Assembly (NCBI GenBank): GCA_963798085.1
Contig: CAWCRS010000007.1
Span: 672,001-736,000 of the forward strand
Source of the DNA: an uncultured Gemmatimonadales bacterium
Lineage (GTDB): Bacteria > Gemmatimonadota > Gemmatimonadetes > Longimicrobiales > RSA9
Direction: 5' to 3'
Length of the DNA stretch: 64,000 nt
Below the pieces are notes generated by a model, which did not search any database, was not told the origin of the DNA, and was given only the letters and a program-made list of their open reading frames with translations. Numbering within the stretch: the stretch's first letter is position 1; the number at the start of each line of letters is the position of its first letter. The translations under genes and the position numbers were made by a program. This document shows, piece after piece, positions 59,146 through 64,000 of this stretch.

Positions 59146-60897
59146 ATGAGTACTGAAGCTGCGGCTCCAACCATCCTGGTGGTCGAAGACGACCCGCTGA
59201 CTCGCCTGCTGGTGCGGGACGTTCTGCGAGGCATCACCGACAGCGAAGTCCTGGAGGCCGCGGACGGCTTTGCGGCGCGCGTGCTGCTCGAGGAGCGGGA
59301 CGTCGACCTCGTGGTGACGGACCTGCTGATGCCGGGACTCGATGGCCTGGGACTGATGCGCTGGGCGCAGGAGCACCGCCGTGGCCCGCGCTGGATCGTG
59401 CTCTCTGCCGTGGAGAGGTTCGACGCGGCCGTGGAAGCGCATCAGCTGGGCGTGCTGGATTTCCTCACCAAGCCGGTGCAGCCGGAATCCCTGCGGGTGG
59501 CCGCGCGCAATGCGCTGGAGCGCATCCGCCTGGAGCGGGCGCACGAGCGGCTGCTGGTGGAGCTGCAGGACGCGAACGAACAGCTCTCGCACAAGATCGG
59601 TCAGCTGGAGCGCAGCTCGGAGATCATCCGGCGTGATCTCGAGCGAGCGGAAGTCATTCAGCGCGCGCTGCTGCCGGCCGAGCCGCCGCTGCTGCCGGGC
59701 TACAGCGTGAACGCCGTGTACCGGCCCGGACGTCACGTGGGCGGCGATCTCTACAACGTGATGAAGATCGGGGAGCGACACGTCGCGCTCTGGGTGGCGG
59801 ACGCCACGGGTCACGGTGTCGCTTCCGCCATGCTTTCGGTGCTGTTCTCCCGCCGCCTCGCGCTCACGGGTGAGGATGGTCTGCCGCTGCCGCCGGCGCG
59901 CGCGCTCGAGGCTGTGAACAATGCGTTAACGCGGGATCACGTAGGACCGGGCCTGTTCCTGACCGCGGCGCTGGGGCTGCTCGACCTGGAGAGCCACGAG
60001 CTGCGCATTGCGGGCGCGGGTCATCCGCCGGTGGTGATACGACGCGGTGCGGGCGGCATGGAGCGCGTGCTGCGTACGGGACCGGCACTGGGTCTGGTGG
60101 CCGGTGCCAGCTATGCCGAAGTGTCGCTCACGCTCGATGCCGGCGACCGCGCGCTGTTCTTCACCGATGGCCTGCACGGCGCGACTGATGGCGATACGCT
60201 GAAGCGCGTGGAGCTTGCGTTCCGGGCATCGCCCACGGATGGGCACGCGCTGCTGATGGATCTGCTGACACGCACGTTCGCGGAGGACCCGGGCGCGGAG
60301 GACCGCGATGACATCACGCTGATCCTGCTGGATGCGCGATCCGGGCCCAGTCGTTTCGACAATGGAGACAGTCGCTCGCCGCGCGCCGCGGGCATGGCGC
60401 GCAAGGGTGCCTCCACGACGAACGGCCTATGGTACGGCGAGCTGGAGAAGCAGTGCTGGCTGGCGGTGCGCGGGCGAGGCACGTGGACGGAGTGTGACAC
60501 GTTCCATGAGACGATCACGAGCCTGCTGGGCGACGGTGTGCCGGTGGTGCTCGACCTCTCGAGCTGCGACTATCTGGACAGCACCTTCCTCGGCACCATC
60601 CACGAGCTGGTGAGTTACGCGCAGCAGCACGATGGCGCCCGCTTCGTGCTGCACGGCGTGCGCGAGCCGGTGCGCAATGCCTTCGGCGAGTTGAGCATGG
60701 AGCGCGTGCTGGCCGCGGCGGGCGAGGTGGACGGCACAGCGCCGGCGATGCAGCCGCTGGCGTCGCAGGCGCTGGATGCCGGCCGCAGCCGGGAGCGGCT
60801 GCGGCACGCCCATGAGGCACTCTCCTCTCTCAGTCCCGGCAACCGCGAACGCTTCGGCAACGTCACCGAGGCGCTGCGCTCCGATTCCGGCGGCTGA
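59146..60897 (+). CDS. Receiver - PP2C (SpoIIE/RsbU) - STAS fusion
   Basis: EDD, TD..MP..DG, TKP; GGDLY, DATGHG, FTDG, DDIT; LDLS.C.YLDSTFLG. Confidence 0.9.
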   Translation: MSTEAAAPTILVVEDDPLTRLLVRDVLRGITDSEVLEAADGFAARVLLEERDVDLVVTDLLMPGLDGLGLMRWAQEHRRGPRWIVLSAVERFDAAVEAHQLGVLDFLTKPVQPESLRVAARNALERIRLERAHERLLVELQDANEQLSHKIGQLERSSEIIRRDLERAEVIQRALLPAEPPLLPGYSVNAVYRPGRHVGGDLYNVMKIGERHVALWVADATGHGVASAMLSVLFSRRLALTGEDGLPLPPARALEAVNNALTRDHVGPGLFLTAALGLLDLESHELRIAGAGHPPVVIRRGAGGMERVLRTGPALGLVAGASYAEVSLTLDAGDRALFFTDGLHGATDGDTLKRVELAFRASPTDGHALLMDLLTRTFAEDPGAEDRDDITLILLDARSGPSRFDNGDSRSPRAAGMARKGASTTNGLWYGELEKQCWLAVRGRGTWTECDTFHETITSLLGDGVPVVLDLSSCDYLDSTFLGTIHELVSYAQQHDGARFVLHGVREPVRNAFGELSMERVLAAAGEVDGTAPAMQPLASQALDAGRSRERLRHAHEALSSLSPGNRERFGNVTEALRSDSGG

Positions 60898-61174
60898 ACC
60901 TGCCCCTGCCGTCCTGCGCCACTGCGGAGAATCTGTAACAGCGCGTCAGGAAGCAGCCCTCGCGCCGTCCGGCAAACGGCGGCGCATCGCGGACATGCTT
61001 TCGGCCTTTTGCCTGTCACAATCTTTGCTCGCCCCATTCCGACACTGATGTACAGGTGCCGGACGCCGCGGTACCGGGCGTGTGGAGTCAGCGGCGGATC
61101 AGAGTTCGGGCCAGCCGACACAAGCGGAGCGCAAGCCGCCGGGAGGCAGGGGGCCGAGGAGAGAGAAGGAACTC

Positions 61175-61579
61175 ATGTCTTCGTTGCAGAACAGGGGCCG
61201 CCGGCGGGCCATGGGCCTGGTGTTCGCCTGCAGTGCGCTGGCCGCGTGCGCCAGCGTGCCGACCAGCGGGAGCAGCGCGCTGCTCCCGGACAACGCAATC
61301 CGGCTGGTGGTGGAGAATGACAGCTGGATGGATATGGACATTTATCTGCTGAACGAATCCGGCGCGCGCTGGCGGGTGGGCGATGTGGTGGCCACGCGCG
61401 AGCGCTCGTTCCGCATTTCACCGACCATGCTGGGGGGTGGTGGCAGCTTCCGCCTGGTGGCGGATCCGGTGGGCAGCCAGCAGCTGAGCGTGTCCGACGT
61501 GCTGGTGGTGCCGCAGGGAACCGTAGCGCACTTCAAGATCGGCAACGCGGCGGCTAACACGTTCGCATACGTGCGCTGA
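61175..61579 (+). CDS. Small hypothetical lipoprotein
   Basis: RBS aagga; LAAC lipobox; V.N....D..IY....G.R.RVG.V. Confidence 0.7.
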   Translation: MSSLQNRGRRRAMGLVFACSALAACASVPTSGSSALLPDNAIRLVVENDSWMDMDIYLLNESGARWRVGDVVATRERSFRISPTMLGGGGSFRLVADPVGSQQLSVSDVLVVPQGTVAHFKIGNAAANTFAYVR

Positions 61580-61600
61580 AGCAGACGGACTGGAGAAGCG

Positions 61601-61633
61601 AAGCGGGGCGGGCCGGGAAGGCTCGCCCCGCTT
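61601..61633. terminator. Hairpin between convergent genes
   Basis: aagcggggcgggcc-gggaa-ggctcgccccgctt. Confidence 0.7.
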
Positions 61634-61640
61634 TCGTTGG

Positions 61641-63953
61641 TCAGTGAACGAAGGCGCGCTGTCCCACGCGCCGGCCCTGCGCGTCCACGACGATCGGGAT
61701 GATCTGCAGCGGACTCTCCACGATCTCGATGGGCGGGCGGCGTCCGAGCATGTCCTGCGCCGCATCCGCGCCCCCCACAGTGTAGCCCTCGGCGTTGTTC
61801 ATGTTGACGACGTAGCCCAGATCCTGAAGTGACCCGACTGTGATCGCACTGAGCGGATTGGACGACATGTCCAGCCAGCCGGTCATCAGCTCGTTGCGCA
61901 ACACCGATTCACGCCAGTGACCGTCGCGCGTGCCGGCGCCACCCATGTTCTCCACGGGCACCGGTGTGCCGCCGTACGCGGAACCGCCCGCGCCCTGAAA
62001 TTCGGCCACGGCCTCGGCGCCCTGGAAGTAGGGATCGGACGAACCGGCGCCTACGAGCAGACTGCCCCAGTACGTGCCGATGCCCAGGATGTGACCCATT
62101 CCGTGCGTGATGACATTGACCAGTTTGCCGTTCGCCTCGAGCATGGCGACATCCGCGGCATCGAGCCGCATGGCGCCCACCACCGGCAGGCCGCCCGCAG
62201 ATCGCAGATAGCACGGGCCCGCCGAGCCGAGCACGTTCCCCGGCCCATCGATGTTCACCACGTTGATGAGGATGAGGATATCGTCGACGTTCTGGTTCAC
62301 CGCCGCGTGCGTAATGCCGCACGCGTTGGCCGGGATGTCCACGTGCACGTCGGGCAGGTCGCCGGCAATCACGCCCGCCCAGCGGCCGGCCGCCGCGTAG
62401 AACGCGCTCTGCTGCGACGCTGTCAGGCTGCCCGAGAACTGCACCGCAATGTCGTAACTGCCATTGCCGGGCGTGCCGCTGCCACCGCCGGTACCGCCAC
62501 CTGTGCCACCACCCGTGCCGCCGGTACCGCCGCCCGTGCCGCCCGTGCCGCCGCTGCCGCCGGTACCGCCCGTGCTGGTGGCGGTGGCGGCGAAGTAGAC
62601 GCTGGGCGCGCCCGTGGTGCTTGCTGACAGCGTGTTAGACCCGGGCTGGCCCAGCGTCCAGCTGCTCAGCGATGCGATGCCGCTGCCGTCGCTGGTGGCG
62701 GGCGAGCCGGCGATGGCGCCGCCGCCGGCGGTGATCGCGAAGGTCACGGCAGCGCCGGGCACCGGGTTGCCCAGTGCGTCGATCAGACGAACGGCGGGCG
62801 GGAGTGTCACCGCGGAGCCGGCCGGCGCGGACTGGCCATCACCCTGCACCAGTGCGAGGCTGGCGGGCGCACCCGGCTTGCCGGTCGCCGTGAAGGTGAC
62901 TGTGAGGGCGCCCAGCGTGGCGCGCAGCGTGTTGACGCCGGCGTGCGGTCCGAGCACCCACTTCGCCAGTTTCGCCTGACCGACGGTATCGGTGCTGATC
63001 CCCGTGGCGACGGTCGAGCTTTGCGAGCCATCCACGGCACCTTCGCCGGCCACGACCTGGAACAGCACTTCCGCAGCGGATACGGCATTGCCCCACGCAT
63101 TGGCCACGCGCACGGCGGGCGATATCGCGACCGCCGTAGCCACAGTGGCGCTCTGGCTGTTGCCGCTCACGATAATGAGGGAATCAGGCGCGCCTGCCAT
63201 GGTCATGGCGTGGAACGTGACTTCGCCGGCGCCCGGAACAGAAACGAGGAGCGCCTGCGGCCCGCTGCGTGTGCCCAGTGTCCAGTCCACGACCGCGACA
63301 CCGCTCGTGCTCGTCCGTGCATTCGCATCCGCCACGCTGCCGCTGCCCGGAGCGGGCGTGAAATGAACGGCGACGTCGCCGGCGGCGTTGCCGTTGGCAT
63401 CGGTGACCTGCACGGCCAGCTGCGCCGCCACGCTGGCCACGCGCGCGGTCTGCCCGTCACCGGAGACGATGCTCACGCGGGCGGGCGCTCCCGCCGTGCC
63501 CTGCGCGGTCACTAACACGGGTGTCAGGCCCGGCGCTGCGGCCTGCAGCGCATTGCGACCAGCGCGCGCGCCCAGCGTCCAGGCACCGGGACTGGCCACG
63601 CCACGCGTGTCCGTGGACACACTGGCGCGCGCCACGCTGCCCTGGCCTTCGAGGATCGTGAAGTTCACGGTTACGCCCGCCATGGGCGAGCCGTGCTGAT
63701 CGAGCAGGCGAAACGCGGGCGCGTCCGCCAGTACACTGCCGGCGACGGCAGTCTGCGCATCACCGCTCGATACTTCGAGCGTGGTGGGCAGAGAGGGCTC
63801 GACAGCGTTCTCGCACGCGGCCAGCAGCAGAGCGGCAACAATGCCACTCAGCAGCCGGCTCGCGGCAGAGCTTCGGCGTTCAGCCAAACCGTGCGTTATC
63901 GGTCGCTGGCAGTTCGAGTTGTTCAAGCTGGTAGCGCGACAGCGTGCGATCAT
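61641..63953 (-). CDS. Lipoprotein with multiple Big_1-like Ig domains, Gly/Thr linker and leishmanolysin (M8)-like metallopeptidase domain
   Basis: LAAC; repeated SGD.Q.A..PA V.V.D..GN; DGPGNVLG.AGP, H(G)MGH.LG.G, GHWRE, NELMTG. Confidence 0.85.
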   Translation of the reverse strand: MIARCRATSLNNSNCQRPITHGLAERRSSAASRLLSGIVAALLLAACENAVEPSLPTTLEVSSGDAQTAVAGSVLADAPAFRLLDQHGSPMAGVTVNFTILEGQGSVARASVSTDTRGVASPGAWTLGARAGRNALQAAAPGLTPVLVTAQGTAGAPARVSIVSGDGQTARVASVAAQLAVQVTDANGNAAGDVAVHFTPAPGSGSVADANARTSTSGVAVVDWTLGTRSGPQALLVSVPGAGEVTFHAMTMAGAPDSLIIVSGNSQSATVATAVAISPAVRVANAWGNAVSAAEVLFQVVAGEGAVDGSQSSTVATGISTDTVGQAKLAKWVLGPHAGVNTLRATLGALTVTFTATGKPGAPASLALVQGDGQSAPAGSAVTLPPAVRLIDALGNPVPGAAVTFAITAGGGAIAGSPATSDGSGIASLSSWTLGQPGSNTLSASTTGAPSVYFAATATSTGGTGGSGGTGGTGGGTGGTGGGTGGGTGGGSGTPGNGSYDIAVQFSGSLTASQQSAFYAAAGRWAGVIAGDLPDVHVDIPANACGITHAAVNQNVDDILILINVVNIDGPGNVLGSAGPCYLRSAGGLPVVGAMRLDAADVAMLEANGKLVNVITHGMGHILGIGTYWGSLLVGAGSSDPYFQGAEAVAEFQGAGGSAYGGTPVPVENMGGAGTRDGHWRESVLRNELMTGWLDMSSNPLSAITVGSLQDLGYVVNMNNAEGYTVGGADAAQDMLGRRPPIEIVESPLQIIPIVVDAQGRRVGQRAFVH

Positions 63954-64000
63954 GATTCATCCTTCGTGACGCGGATCTTCCCGCGTGTCGCGCGCGAGAA

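Noticed and set aside
62470..62580. ccgcc/gtgccg tandem repeats
   Set aside because: Fully explained by the Gly/Thr linker of the M8-like protein.

Overview
High-GC bacterial DNA. The gene families (PadR plus ADOP permease, barrel-less TonB-plug protein, RGG-rich exported hydrolases, many lipoproteins) suggest a Gemmatimonadota/Acidobacteriota-like organism; this is an inference. About 40 genes are supported. They include exported peptidases (S9 DPP-IV-like, giant M14, S41 tricorn, S33 proline iminopeptidase, M8-like), a serpin, a peptide-binding SBP, amino-acid catabolic enzymes, a GltD-like/PFOR/DHOD-like operon, a TetR-RND efflux system, two type II TA pairs and an IS3 with both ends and a 3-bp target duplication. 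More than a dozen apparent frameshifts lie between 8 and 33 kb and are probably long-read indels. No rRNA, tRNA or CRISPR array was seen. Best candidate novel system (3348-5903): a three-gene operon in which a cytoplasmic TPR + HD-GYP phosphodiesterase is flanked by two paralogous lipoproteins that both end in S-x-x-x-MASN. In the longer one this octapeptide directly follows an HF|S autoproteolysis-type motif, which suggests a released peptide ligand controlling cyclic-dinucleotide turnover. Second candidate (21060-29714): a lower-GC cassette bracketed by 67-bp direct repeats, encoding a regulator, a cryptic Cys/His-rich secreted protein, three beta-propellers and a plug-only protein.
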